DNA of 64,000 bases from Ignavibacteria bacterium RIFOXYC2_FULL_35_21. GTDB lineage: Bacteria; Bacteroidota; Ignavibacteria; Kapaibacteriales; UBA2268. The DNA lies in assembly GCA_001804705.1 (NCBI GenBank), contig MHAY01000010.1, positions 1,066-65,065 on the forward strand, read 5' to 3'. A program made the position numbers and the translations under genes. Of the stretch, positions 48,162 through 58,067 are shown one piece after another. Under the pieces are notes generated by a model that saw only the letters and a program-made list of their open reading frames with translations, was not told the DNA's origin and did no database searches. Within the stretch, counting starts at the first letter, position 1. Each line of letters opens with the position of its first letter.

Positions 48162-49061
48162 ATGGCAATAGTTTATAAAACTGATTTCCGTGGTGTTACA
48201 GAGCCGAGGAGAGGTAAAGTGAGAGATATATTTGAGACGGAAAAATATATATTGATAGTGGCAACAGACCGCATATCGGCATTTGATGTCATAATGAATG
48301 AACCTATTCCTGAAAAAGGGAAAATTTTATCACAAATTTCTACCTCATGGTTCAACAGAACAAAAAATATCATCCGAAATCATTTTTTATCAAACTATGT
48401 TGCCGATTATCCTTACGAGTTTCATAAATACAGTGAACAGCTTGAAGGCAGGTCAATGCTTGTCAAAAAATGCAAGCCTCTTCCGATTGAATGTATTGTC
48501 AGAGGATATGTTGCAGGTTCGGGATGGAAAGAATATAAGTCTAACAAATCCATTTGCGGAATCTCCCTTCCCGAAGGATTACTTGAGTTTTCGAGACTGC
48601 CGGAACCGATTTTTACTCCATCAACAAAAGCAGAAGTCGGACATGATGAAAACATTTCCCCTGAACAGGCTGGCGATATGATAGGCAAGGAATTAGCAGC
48701 TCAAATAGCCGATGTTTCAATCAAGCTTTATAAATTTGGTGCCGAATACCTTGAAAAAAATAATATCATACTTGCAGATACCAAGTTTGAGTTTGGCACA
48801 GATGAAGATGGTGAGTTATTCCTTATTGACGAAGCATTAACACCCGATTCATCCCGATTCTGGCTTAAGGAAGAGTACTCTCCGGGGAAGCCTCAGATAA
48901 ATTTTGACAAGCAAGTTTTGCGTGATTACCTTGAATCGCTTGACTGGAACAAACAGCCGCCGCCACCTAAACTACCTCAGGAAATCATTGATAAAACATT
49001 AGAAAAATACAAAGAAGCATTCAGAAGAATTGTGGGGCATATTTACCCCGGCTCAGAATAG
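48162..49061 (+). CDS. purC: SAICAR synthase
   Basis: GKVRDI, TDRISAFD, ECIVRGY, DTKFEFG, TPDSSRFW and FDKQ motifs. Confidence 0.97.
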   Translation: MAIVYKTDFRGVTEPRRGKVRDIFETEKYILIVATDRISAFDVIMNEPIPEKGKILSQISTSWFNRTKNIIRNHFLSNYVADYPYEFHKYSEQLEGRSMLVKKCKPLPIECIVRGYVAGSGWKEYKSNKSICGISLPEGLLEFSRLPEPIFTPSTKAEVGHDENISPEQAGDMIGKELAAQIADVSIKLYKFGAEYLEKNNIILADTKFEFGTDEDGELFLIDEALTPDSSRFWLKEEYSPGKPQINFDKQVLRDYLESLDWNKQPPPPKLPQEIIDKTLEKYKEAFRRIVGHIYPGSE

Positions 49062-49118
49062 TTATCATTTGTCACTCTGAGTTAATCGAAGAGTGAAAAT
49101 TTCAAGCAGACATAAGAA

Positions 49119-50375
49119 ATGGCAGATGTACAAAATATATTTGAATTAAGAAAGCAACCGGTTGAGTATTTCGACTGGCAGACATTTCTTATAACGGCCT
49201 TGTCCATAACGATGGGATTAATTTCCATATACAGTGCCACTTATGATGCCGGGATGAGTACCTATTTTTTCAAGCAGCTAATATACGCAGGTGTAGGAAT
49301 AGGGGTTATGCTTGTATTGATGGTTATGCCGGAACGCTGGCTTCAGGCATATTCACTTGCTTTTTACATTTTTATCATTTTGCTGTTAATTACTGTATTA
49401 ATATTTGGTAAAACGATATATGGCACCAGGGGTTGGTTCCAAATAGGAAGCTTCAGTATTCAGCCATCTGAATTTGCGAAATTGGCTGCTCTGAATCTTA
49501 TTGCAACTCACATATCAAGAAAAGGAACCGATATAAAAACCTTCAGAGATTTCGGAATTGTACTAACAATAATACTTGCACCTTTTGTTTTGATTTTAAT
49601 GGAACCCGACTTCGGGACTGCAACAGTAATGCTTGCCTTATTAATTGGAATACTATTTTGGACAGGATTCGATTTACTCGTACTTTTCTTTGTTATCAGT
49701 CTGCCGATTGTAATTCTGATGTCTCTCGTAAGCCCTGTGCATTTTGTAGCGGCTGTGGCTGTTTATTCGATTGCAGCGGCTTTGATGAGAAAAAAAGTAT
49801 TGCTGACTTTCGCCACTATTCTAATCATCTTTGTTGCTGGCTATACAAGTCCGATGATTATTGATAACCTAATGCCGCATCAGAAAAACAGGATTGATAC
49901 TTTCCTAAATCCGGATAAAGACCCGCTTGGAAAGGGATATAATGTTATTCAATCAAAATTGGCTGTTGGAAGCGGAGGTTTAACAGGCAAGGGATTTTTG
50001 CATGGCACTCAGACTCAATTAAGGTATATTCCAAAACAATGGACTGATTTTATATACTGTGTGCCATCTGAAGAATTTGGATTTGTCGGAGGAGTATTGG
50101 TGATCGTGCTTTTATCGAGTGTAATTTTAAAAGCAACTAAAGCGGCTTTTGAATCAGAGAATAAATATTTTAGTTTGCTGTCATTCGGAATAGCAACGGT
50201 ATTTTTTTATCATACAATAATTAATATAGGCATGGTACTCGGTTTGATGCCTGTGATGGGAATACCACTTCCATTCATGAGCTATGGAGGTTCAGCATTA
50301 ATAGTAAATTGTGCATTTATCGGCTTGCTATTAAATGCATACAGGTCTCAGAAAATAAAAATTCAAAATAAATAA
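49119..50375 (+). CDS. rodA: Rod shape-determining SEDS protein RodA
   Basis: IQPSEFAK, PDFGT, GYNVIQSKLAVGSGG, TDFI and PFMSYGGS motifs. Confidence 0.93.
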   Translation: MADVQNIFELRKQPVEYFDWQTFLITALSITMGLISIYSATYDAGMSTYFFKQLIYAGVGIGVMLVLMVMPERWLQAYSLAFYIFIILLLITVLIFGKTIYGTRGWFQIGSFSIQPSEFAKLAALNLIATHISRKGTDIKTFRDFGIVLTIILAPFVLILMEPDFGTATVMLALLIGILFWTGFDLLVLFFVISLPIVILMSLVSPVHFVAAVAVYSIAAALMRKKVLLTFATILIIFVAGYTSPMIIDNLMPHQKNRIDTFLNPDKDPLGKGYNVIQSKLAVGSGGLTGKGFLHGTQTQLRYIPKQWTDFIYCVPSEEFGFVGGVLVIVLLSSVILKATKAAFESENKYFSLLSFGIATVFFYHTIINIGMVLGLMPVMGIPLPFMSYGGSALIVNCAFIGLLLNAYRSQKIKIQNK

Positions 50376-50404
50376 CCGGTATAACCGATATTTCATAGAA
50401 ACCT

Positions 50405-51391
50405 ATGAGATTAATAATAACAATCGGCGATTGCAATGGTATAGGACTTGAGGCCCTGATAAAAGCTATTGATAAATTAATTAAACTTGAATCAATATTT
50501 GACTTGAAGTTTGATATTGCAGGAAACAAGCAAACCATAAAAGAGTATTGCGATTTGATGGAATTGCCCGTTCAATTCGAGGGGAATGGCTTATGGACAG
50601 GCAGTATTTTTTCTGAAATTATTGATTGCAATACTTATGCAAAAGTTGAATTGGGCAAAAGTTCGCATGATGCCGGGAAATTAGCGATAGAAGCACTCGA
50701 TACCGCCCTGGATAAAATTCTTGAAAAACATTATGATGCATTAGTAACTTTGCCAATATCAAAATATTCAATGTATAATGCCGGCTGGATGTTCACAGGG
50801 CATACCGAATATCTTTCTTATAGATGCAATGTAGCAAAACCATTGATGATATTATGCTCAAATAAAATTCGTGTAGCTCTCGCAACTGTACATGTACCGT
50901 TTAAAATAGTTCCGGAGCTTATAAACTCACATCATATTATTGAGATGATAGAAGCCTTAAATATAAGTTTAATTAATGATTTTAATATCGAAAATCCTAA
51001 AATAGCAGTTTTAAGTTTAAACCCGCACGCGGGTGAAAATGCTACAATAGGTACAGAAGAAACCGACATTTTAATTCCGGCTATTCACAAATGTTTGGTG
51101 AAAGGCATTTATACAGAAGGCCCATTTTCTTCAGACGGTTTCTTCGGTTTTGGACTTTACAAACAATTTGATGGGATATTAGCGATGTATCATGACCAGG
51201 GGTTAATTCCTTTAAAATTACTTTCCGAAGGTGCCGGGGTGAATTTCACAGCGGGTCTGCCGATAGTCAGAACCTCCCCGGACCATGGAACGGCTTATGA
51301 ACTTGCCGGAAAAAACATTGCAGACTGCACGAGTACATTTCAAGCAATTATTATGGCTGCCCAAATAGTAACAAACAGGTTAAGGCTTTAA
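50405..51391 (+). CDS. pdxA: 4-hydroxythreonine-4-phosphate dehydrogenase
   Basis: GHTEYL, LNPHAGE, MYHDQGLIP and RTSPDHGTA motifs. Confidence 0.95.
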   Translation: MRLIITIGDCNGIGLEALIKAIDKLIKLESIFDLKFDIAGNKQTIKEYCDLMELPVQFEGNGLWTGSIFSEIIDCNTYAKVELGKSSHDAGKLAIEALDTALDKILEKHYDALVTLPISKYSMYNAGWMFTGHTEYLSYRCNVAKPLMILCSNKIRVALATVHVPFKIVPELINSHHIIEMIEALNISLINDFNIENPKIAVLSLNPHAGENATIGTEETDILIPAIHKCLVKGIYTEGPFSSDGFFGFGLYKQFDGILAMYHDQGLIPLKLLSEGAGVNFTAGLPIVRTSPDHGTAYELAGKNIADCTSTFQAIIMAAQIVTNRLRL

Positions 51392-51428
51392 CACCTAAAA
51401 ATCTTAATAAAATATTCATACAATAAAA

Positions 51429-51460
51429 TTTGTCAATTAGTTAAAGAATCAGTAATTTTG
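51429..51460 (+). promoter_or_regulatory. Bacteroidota-type sigmaA promoter for rplM
   Basis: TTTG (51429) - 20 nt - TAATTTTG (51453). Confidence 0.65.
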
Positions 51461-51501
51461 TGTTCTTTAATATTTGTTGAATGAGAAAAAGGAAGTGTTT
51501 C

Positions 51502-51954
51502 GTGGAAACTTCTGCAAAAATTACGAAATCCCTGAGGAAAGAAGATATTGATAAAAAATGGTGGGTGGTTGACGCTGCGGGCCAGGTTTTAGGAAGATTA
51601 GCTTCTCAGGTTGCTGCCGTACTAAGAGGCAAGCATAAACCTGACTTTACCCCACACAACGACTGTGGAGATTTTGTCATTATCCTGAATGCCGATAAGA
51701 TAAAATTAACAGGTAAAAGGCCAGATAAAAAAGAATATAAACATCACACTTTATATCCCGGCGGACAAAAGATTGAAAAATATAAAATGGTTTTAGATAA
51801 AAAACCATCGTTCATACTTGAACATGCAATCAAAGGCATGCTCCCAAAAAACAGGCTTGGAAGAAAAATCGGCAAAAACCTTAAGGTGTATGCAGGGGAA
51901 TCGCACCCGCATACAGCACAGATGCCTGAAATAATGCAGTTTAAATATAATTAA
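51502..51954 (+). CDS. rplM: 50S ribosomal protein L13
   Basis: WWVVDA, LGRLAS, LRGKHKP and GMLPKN motifs. GTG 51502 preferred as start (AGGAAG upstream); ATG 51481 is possible. Confidence 0.96.
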   Translation: METSAKITKSLRKEDIDKKWWVVDAAGQVLGRLASQVAAVLRGKHKPDFTPHNDCGDFVIILNADKIKLTGKRPDKKEYKHHTLYPGGQKIEKYKMVLDKKPSFILEHAIKGMLPKNRLGRKIGKNLKVYAGESHPHTAQMPEIMQFKYN

Positions 51955-51992
51955 TGAATCCCGCTAACAAAATAAAAATTGATGGAGAATAA

Positions 51993-52379
51993 ATGAAAGC
52001 CGCTTTTGGAACCGGAAGACGTAAAACAGCAGTTGCACAGGCAAAATTAATACCCGGCAACGGTAAAATTATCGTCAATAAATTAGCATTGGAACTATAT
52101 TTTCCGATTGAAGTTTACAGGACACATGCATTAGCTCCTCTGTATTCAACGAATAACGAAGGTAAATTCGATATAAACATTACTGTCAGGGGGGGCGGCA
52201 AAAGCGGTCAAACCGGAGCAATTCAATTAGCAATAGCCCGTGCATTATTTGCTTATGACACAGAACTACATAAGACTTTGAGAGAAGCAGGCCTGTTAAC
52301 ACGCGACCCAAGAATGGTCGAACGAAAAAAATACGGGCAGAAGAAAGCAAGGAAGAGATTCCAGTTCTCTAAGCGTTAA
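51993..52379 (+). CDS. rpsI: 30S ribosomal protein S9
   Basis: GTGRRKTAVA, GGGKSGQ and terminal RFQFSKR. Confidence 0.97.
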   Translation: MKAAFGTGRRKTAVAQAKLIPGNGKIIVNKLALELYFPIEVYRTHALAPLYSTNNEGKFDINITVRGGGKSGQTGAIQLAIARALFAYDTELHKTLREAGLLTRDPRMVERKKYGQKKARKRFQFSKR

Positions 52380-52534
52380 TATTTGGAAGAATATAATAAT
52401 TAATAAATTAATAAATTAATAATCATGTTTCCGGATTACCTGTGTGTGATAGAATTCTATTGAGCAGGTGTAGGGGCAGAAAATCTTCTGCCAAAACAAG
52501 AACGAAACAGTAGTTTAAACACAAAGGAGTTACA

Positions 52535-53467
52535 ATGAATCATTATGCAGAAATCGAGCACCTGCTCGAAAGCGGCGCCCATTTCGGACATCTCACACGC
52601 CGCTGGAATCCCAAGATGGAAAAATATATTTTCGGTGAACGCAATGGTATCCACATCATTGATTTGCGTAAGACACAAATCCTGATAGATTTGGCAAGAA
52701 ACGCAGTAAATGATGCTGCTTCCAGGGGCAAAATAGTCCTGTTTGTCGGTACAAAAACACAGGCTCAGGAAGTTGTCAAAGAGCATGCAAAAAGATGCGG
52801 TAGTAACTATGTTACAGAGCGTTGGCTTGGTGGTATGCTAACAAACTTTTCTACTATCCGTAAAAGCATAAAAAGGCTTGCGTCAATTGATAAGATGGAA
52901 GTTGACGGAACTTTTGAAAAAATAACAAAAAAAGAAAAACTTATGCTTTCCCGCGAAAGAGACAGGCTCAGAAAAGTATTTGGCGGTATTGAAGAGATGA
53001 CACGCCTGCCAGGCGCTATCTTCGTGGTTGATATTAAAAAAGAACACATTGCAGTTAAAGAAGCGAAAATACTCGATATACCTGTCATAGCTATGGTTGA
53101 TACAAACTGCGACCCCGAGGATGCAGATTTTCCCATACCGGCTAATGACGACTCAATTAAAACGATTGAGATTGTAACTAAAATTTTGGCTGATGCTGTG
53201 CTAGAAGGCTCGGAATTAGCTAAGATGAGACATGCTGAATTATCATCCGAATCGGAAAGAGTTACAAGGGAATCCGAAGCAGGCTCAGAAGACAAACCAA
53301 AGGTTCAGAGAAGGATGAGAGAAAGGAGAACCGGCAGAGGCGGCCAAAAAACTCAAAGGGGTGATAAACCAAGAACCACTGAAGCAAAAGAACCAACAGA
53401 AATAGTTGAAGAACAAACAAGTTCTGAGACGACAGTGGAAACAACACAAGAAAGCATTGAATCATAA
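52535..53467 (+). CDS. rpsB: 30S ribosomal protein S2 with charged C-terminal extension
   Basis: GAHFGH, WNPKM, RWLGGMLTN, DTNCDP and PANDD motifs. Confidence 0.97.
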   Translation: MNHYAEIEHLLESGAHFGHLTRRWNPKMEKYIFGERNGIHIIDLRKTQILIDLARNAVNDAASRGKIVLFVGTKTQAQEVVKEHAKRCGSNYVTERWLGGMLTNFSTIRKSIKRLASIDKMEVDGTFEKITKKEKLMLSRERDRLRKVFGGIEEMTRLPGAIFVVDIKKEHIAVKEAKILDIPVIAMVDTNCDPEDADFPIPANDDSIKTIEIVTKILADAVLEGSELAKMRHAELSSESERVTRESEAGSEDKPKVQRRMRERRTGRGGQKTQRGDKPRTTEAKEPTEIVEEQTSSETTVETTQESIES

Positions 53468-53501
53468 ATTTCAGTATTAATAATCTGACAGAAAGAAAAA
53501 A

Positions 53502-54362
53502 ATGGCAAATATAACACCACAGATGGTAAAAGAACTTAGAGATAAAACCGGTGCGGGCATGGGTGATTGCAAAAATGCCCTGACCGATGCAGATGGAGAT
53601 ATGAAGAAAGCGATAGAAATACTCAGGAAAAAAGGGGCGGCTTCGGCGGCAAAACGTTCCGACCGTTCAGCTAATGAAGGCTTGATTGCATCGAAAGTTT
53701 CAGTAGATAATAAAACAGCAGTTATTGTCGAGATAAATTGTGAAACAGATTTTGTTGCAAGGAATGCTGAATTCGTTAACTATGTTGATAAAGTTGCTGA
53801 AGCCCTTATTAATAATGATGCCGCAAATGTTGATGAACTGAAAAAAGTTTCGCTTGGTTCAATGACCGTTCTCGATTTGCACAATGAGATATTAGCGAAA
53901 TTCAGCGAAAAAATTGAAATCCGCAGATTTGAAAAATTTTCGACTCAGGGATTTTTTGCAGATTATATCCATGCCGGCAGCAAGCTTGCTGTATTGGTTG
54001 AGTGTAATTTACCTGAGCTTAATCCAAAAGCATTTGCTTTACTCAGGGATGTGGCAATGCAGATTGCGGCAATGAATCCCCAGTACATTTCGAGAAATGA
54101 TGTCAGCCAGGCAACGGTTGAAAAAGAAATTGAGATTTATAAGGAATATGCTATTACCGAAGGGAAGAAACCCGATATAGCAGATAAAATCGCAATTGGA
54201 AAACTTGAGAAATTTTATCAGGAACAATGTCTGCTGGAACAAACCTTCGTTAAAGACCCCGGTAAAGTTGTTAATGATGTCCTTAAGGAAATATCTCAGG
54301 AGGCGGGTGCTGAAGCTAAGATACTGAAATTCAGAAGGTATTACCTCGGCGAAGAACTATAA
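53502..54362 (+). CDS. tsf: Elongation factor Ts
   Basis: VKELRDKTGAGM, NCETDFVA and AMQIAAMNP motifs. Confidence 0.97.
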   Translation: MANITPQMVKELRDKTGAGMGDCKNALTDADGDMKKAIEILRKKGAASAAKRSDRSANEGLIASKVSVDNKTAVIVEINCETDFVARNAEFVNYVDKVAEALINNDAANVDELKKVSLGSMTVLDLHNEILAKFSEKIEIRRFEKFSTQGFFADYIHAGSKLAVLVECNLPELNPKAFALLRDVAMQIAAMNPQYISRNDVSQATVEKEIEIYKEYAITEGKKPDIADKIAIGKLEKFYQEQCLLEQTFVKDPGKVVNDVLKEISQEAGAEAKILKFRRYYLGEEL

Positions 54363-54376
54363 AAATGAAGAAACTC

Positions 54377-54422
54377 AAAAACGCCATTATGAAACAAATT
54401 GTAAAACTCGTAATGGCGTTTT
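54377..54422 (+). terminator. Intrinsic terminator after tsf
   Basis: AAAAACGCCATTA...TAATGGCGTTTT. Confidence 0.7.
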
Positions 54423-54442
54423 CTTTAAATGGATAATACAAT

Positions 54443-54474
54443 TTTGCTTTGGAGATAAAAAGTTTATAATTTTG
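54443..54474 (+). promoter_or_regulatory. Bacteroidota-type sigmaA promoter for pyrH
   Basis: TTTG (54443) - 20 nt - TAATTTTG (54467). Confidence 0.6.
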
Positions 54475-54510
54475 AGAATGTAAGAATTAACATCATTTTA
54501 AAAGCTAAAT

Positions 54511-55221
54511 ATGGCACCTCAATACAAAAGAATATTACTTAAACTCAGCGGAGAAGCTCTGATGGGAGAGCAGAATTTCGGAATTGAGCCATCCGTGTTA
54601 AAATTCTTTGCTGCAGAAGTTCATGAGATTTATCAATTAGGTGTTGAAATTGGAATTGTCATTGGCGGTGGTAACATTTTCAGAGGAGTGGAAGCCGCAG
54701 CTCATGGAATCCATAAAGTATCGGGCGACCATATGGGTATGCTTGCAACTGTGATAAACTCGATTGCTCTTCAAAATGCACTCGAAGCACGCGGAATTCC
54801 TACTCGAATGCAGACGGCAATAAAAATGGAAGAAATTGCCGAACCTTTTATCAGGCGAAGGGCAATCCGTCATCTCGAAAAAGGGAGAGTCGTTCTCTTC
54901 GGTGCAGGAACTGGCAATCCCTACTTTACGACAGACACTGCCGCTGTACTGAGAGCTATCGAAATCGAAGCCCAGGTTATTATCAAAGGGACAAGAGTTA
55001 ATGGTGTTTATGATTCTGACCCTGAAAAAAATCCAAATGCTGTCCGATTCAATAATATTTCTTACAGGGATGTGATGGAGAAGAATCTCAGAGTTATGGA
55101 CCAGACTGCTATCACATTATGTTATGAGAATCATCTTCCTATAATAGTATTTAATATGAATGAAAAAAATAATTTATTGAAAGTTGTACTTGGTGAGGAA
55201 ATAGGAACGATAGTTAAATAA
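54511..55221 (+). CDS. pyrH: UMP kinase
   Basis: [24 protein letters not shown] and GNPYFTTD motifs. Confidence 0.97.
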   Translation: MAPQYKRILLKLSGEALMGEQNFGIEPSVLKFFAAEVHEIYQLGVEIGIVIGGGNIFRGVEAAAHGIHKVSGDHMGMLATVINSIALQNALEARGIPTRMQTAIKMEEIAEPFIRRRAIRHLEKGRVVLFGAGTGNPYFTTDTAAVLRAIEIEAQVIIKGTRVNGVYDSDPEKNPNAVRFNNISYRDVMEKNLRVMDQTAITLCYENHLPIIVFNMNEKNNLLKVVLGEEIGTIVK

Positions 55222-55315
55222 TGCAAAATGCAAAATGTAAAATGTTGAATTTGGATGGAAACGATATTTTATATTTTTATAAAAATATGATGTCGAATAA
55301 TCACTTGGATAAATT

Positions 55316-55876
55316 ATGGATGTGAAGGAAATATTAAGCAAGACAAGAGATGCCATGAGCAAGTCAGTTGAATTTTTTAAAAGCCAGCTTGCTAAGGTAA
55401 GGACGGGAAGGGCATCGTCAACACTTGTGGATAATGTCAAAGCGGATTACTATGGTGCCGCTACTCCAATTCCACAGATGGCAACCATATCAGTCCCTGA
55501 CGCAAGAACTATTGTCATTCAACCTTGGGACCGTTCCACTTTAACTGCAATTGAAAAAGCTATACAATCAGCCGACCTTGGGTTCAATCCTCAGAATGAC
55601 GGAACTATAATCAGAATTCCTGTTCCTCCCCTGACCGAGGAAAGAAGAAAGGAATTTGTTAAGGTATGCAAAAAATATGCTGAAGAAGGAAAGATTGCTT
55701 TACGGAACATACGAAGAGAGCAGAATGATGTTTTGAAGAAAGCAGAAAAAGACAAACAGATGTCCGAAGATGACTCCAAATGGGGCGAAGAAGAAATTCA
55801 AAAAATAATCACTGAATACACAAAGAAAATTGACGAATCGCTCGATAAGAAAGAAAAAGAATTAATGGAGGGGTAG
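55316..55876 (+). CDS. frr: Ribosome recycling factor
   Basis: RTGRA, YYGA, PPLTEERRK and RNIRR motifs. Confidence 0.97.
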   Translation: MDVKEILSKTRDAMSKSVEFFKSQLAKVRTGRASSTLVDNVKADYYGAATPIPQMATISVPDARTIVIQPWDRSTLTAIEKAIQSADLGFNPQNDGTIIRIPVPPLTEERRKEFVKVCKKYAEEGKIALRNIRREQNDVLKKAEKDKQMSEDDSKWGEEEIQKIITEYTKKIDESLDKKEKELMEG

Positions 55877-55954
55877 GGGCATAAGATTTTATCTCCTTTC
55901 ATGATAATTTTATTAAGACACAGGTATTTGTTAATTTTGCAGTTTTAAAAATCA

Positions 55955-56030
55955 GGGCTCATAGCTCAGTTTGGTCTAGAGCGCTTCCTTGACACGGAAG
56001 AGGTCACAGGTTCGAATCCCGTTGGGCCCA
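55955..56030 (+). tRNA. tRNA-Val(GAC)
   Basis: Acceptor GGGCTCA/TGGGCCC-A; anticodon arm CTTCC-TTGACAC-GGAAG; T-loop GGTTCGAATCC; CCA not encoded. Confidence 0.96.
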
Positions 56031-56123
56031 CGAAAATTCTACAAAGAACTATCCTATATGTATTTGACAGAAAACAAAAATATATGTGATTTTTTTAATA
56101 AATTTTTGGAAAACCAAAACAAA

Positions 56124-56153
56124 TTGAATATTATTGAATATTATTGAATATTA
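56124..56153. repeat. Tandem repeat (TTGAATATTA)x3
   Basis: Three perfect 10-bp units about 95 bp after the tRNA. Confidence 0.8.
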
Positions 56154-56273
56154 TTTTTGAATTAATATAATATGGTTCCAGATGTTTTTAAGAAGTATAA
56201 TTTAATAAATGAATTTTTTTGAACCCACCAATTATTAAACCAACTCCCGTAAAGTGGAGGGGTGAGAAAGTAG

Positions 56274-57662
56274 TTATTTCCAAACATATATATTATTAAT
56301 AAATATTTCGCTTTCGTATGAGATATCCCATACTGCAATATCTATATATTTAGCATAAGTATCAACTTTACATCTATAATTTCTATATCTTTCATCATTT
56401 ATTTTATTACTTGGCGGCCAAATACCAATATATTGATATGGGTCTTTACCTATATATTTAGGATTGCCATTAATATATATAAAACCGGATGAACCCCAAT
56501 TACCACCAACTTCAACCCACTTAAAAGTAATATAAGATATATAAGTATCTTTTGTAAAACTTATCCTTAAAATACACAAATAATTTTGTTTATCATAAGT
56601 TGAGCCCAATAGAAAACAATCCCCAGTACAGCGCGACTTCCCAAATCCAAAAGCTAAACCATCTAAAATTCTGCAAGTTTTTATTCCAGGTTGGACATCA
56701 AATGAATCCTTAATAAATATTGGTTTTAATTCAATTCCTTGAACAAGATATGAACTATTTTTCCTAAAAACATTTCCAATCTCATTAAAATTTGCTTTAA
56801 ATAATAAAGGTCTTGCCGGAATTTTTAAGCTATCGTAACCTTTTTCATTAAATTGATGAAGATTAAAATATTCCGGATTATATAAATTATTTATTATGCT
56901 TTGATACTCAGTTTCGCTTTTATTATGTATTAGGGATAATTTATCATATTCATTTTTTAAAGAAGCATTGTCTTTACTTAAATTATTAATAATAAAAATT
57001 AGATAAATTATTATCAAACAACTAATTATTAAGCCTAATATAACGAGTAATTTCTGAATCTTTTTATTATATACTTTTGATTGATTATTCCTTTCATCTT
57101 CCTGTTTTCCTATCATAATAGATTTGTCTGAATTTGTCTCACTGTTTTGAGGTATTTCTTCGGGATTTGCGCCATTACTTATACTACTAATACCTTCTTT
57201 TCCATTATCTTCAGTTTTATTATCAGTTGCTGTTTGGGTGGTCTCTTCTTTCGCTATTTCTATGCGTAATTTTTTTTCGAGTTGTTTTGACCAGGGTTTG
57301 TTATATAAGTAAAAGCAAATAATGCTAAATACTTTTTTGTTTATTGATGTTTTATTAATTCTATATTCAAATGTATTCCATAGATAATTATTACTGCATA
57401 TATTTTGTACATCTTTGATAACGAACTGTTTTATTCCATCTAGTGTTGATATCTCAAATTTTAACCCTGCTTCCTGCAAAGATTCCAGCATCTTATATAA
57501 TTCATTTCTTAAAACTTCATCCCAGGAAGCTTTTGAGTTTAAGGAATCTAAATTAGAACTAGCATTAATTTTATTAAGTAAATCGGATTTGATTTGTTTT
57601 TTTACATTTAAATCAATTGAATAATTTTTATCCTCAAAAGTAATGGTCTTAGATTCATCCAT
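56274..57662 (-). CDS. Single-pass membrane protein, possible membrane-anchored regulator
   Basis: No signal peptide; helical N-domain, disordered linker, TM LLVILGLIISCLIIIYLIFII, coiled coil, beta-rich C-domain; very AT-rich. Confidence 0.7.
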   Translation of the reverse strand: MDESKTITFEDKNYSIDLNVKKQIKSDLLNKINASSNLDSLNSKASWDEVLRNELYKMLESLQEAGLKFEISTLDGIKQFVIKDVQNICSNNYLWNTFEYRINKTSINKKVFSIICFYLYNKPWSKQLEKKLRIEIAKEETTQTATDNKTEDNGKEGISSISNGANPEEIPQNSETNSDKSIMIGKQEDERNNQSKVYNKKIQKLLVILGLIISCLIIIYLIFIINNLSKDNASLKNEYDKLSLIHNKSETEYQSIINNLYNPEYFNLHQFNEKGYDSLKIPARPLLFKANFNEIGNVFRKNSSYLVQGIELKPIFIKDSFDVQPGIKTCRILDGLAFGFGKSRCTGDCFLLGSTYDKQNYLCILRISFTKDTYISYITFKWVEVGGNWGSSGFIYINGNPKYIGKDPYQYIGIWPPSNKINDERYRNYRCKVDTYAKYIDIAVWDISYESEIFINNIYVWK

Positions 57663-57694
57663 AAGTTTAAAATTTTAATAAAATGTAAATACAA

Positions 57695-57732
57695 AACCAA
57701 TTTGAACCAGTTTAAAACCAGCATTAAACCAG
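57695..57732. promoter_or_regulatory. Four phased AACCA(G/A) direct repeats, putative operator
   Basis: Units start at 57695, 57705, 57716 and 57727 (spacing 10/11/11). Confidence 0.6.
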
Positions 57733-57760
57733 TTAAATACTTGTTAAATATAGAACTTAG

Positions 57761-57792
57761 TTTGCATTATGATAATTTTTTCCATAATTTTG
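57761..57792 (+). promoter_or_regulatory. Bacteroidota-type sigmaA promoter facing the 58068-59276 gene pair
   Basis: TTTG (57761) - 20 nt - TAATTTTG (57785). Confidence 0.55.
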
Positions 57793-58067
57793 TAACGAAT
57801 TATTTTTTTATAGTGTTCGATGTTTTCTGAATTTTAAATATAAGAAAAATAATTTAATAAATTATTAATTATAAACAAATAAATAAATTTTTGAAAGGGT
57901 TGAGATACCAATTAATTCATAAAAAAGGTAACCGATGTAATGCTTCAAATGAAAATGGGATTTCATTAACTAATGTAGTTGAAAATTAATTTATTATTCT
58001 TAATAAAATAAGGAATTGTTTATTAAAAAAAGTTTTAACTAATGTTACACATATTTTCGGAGGTTTT

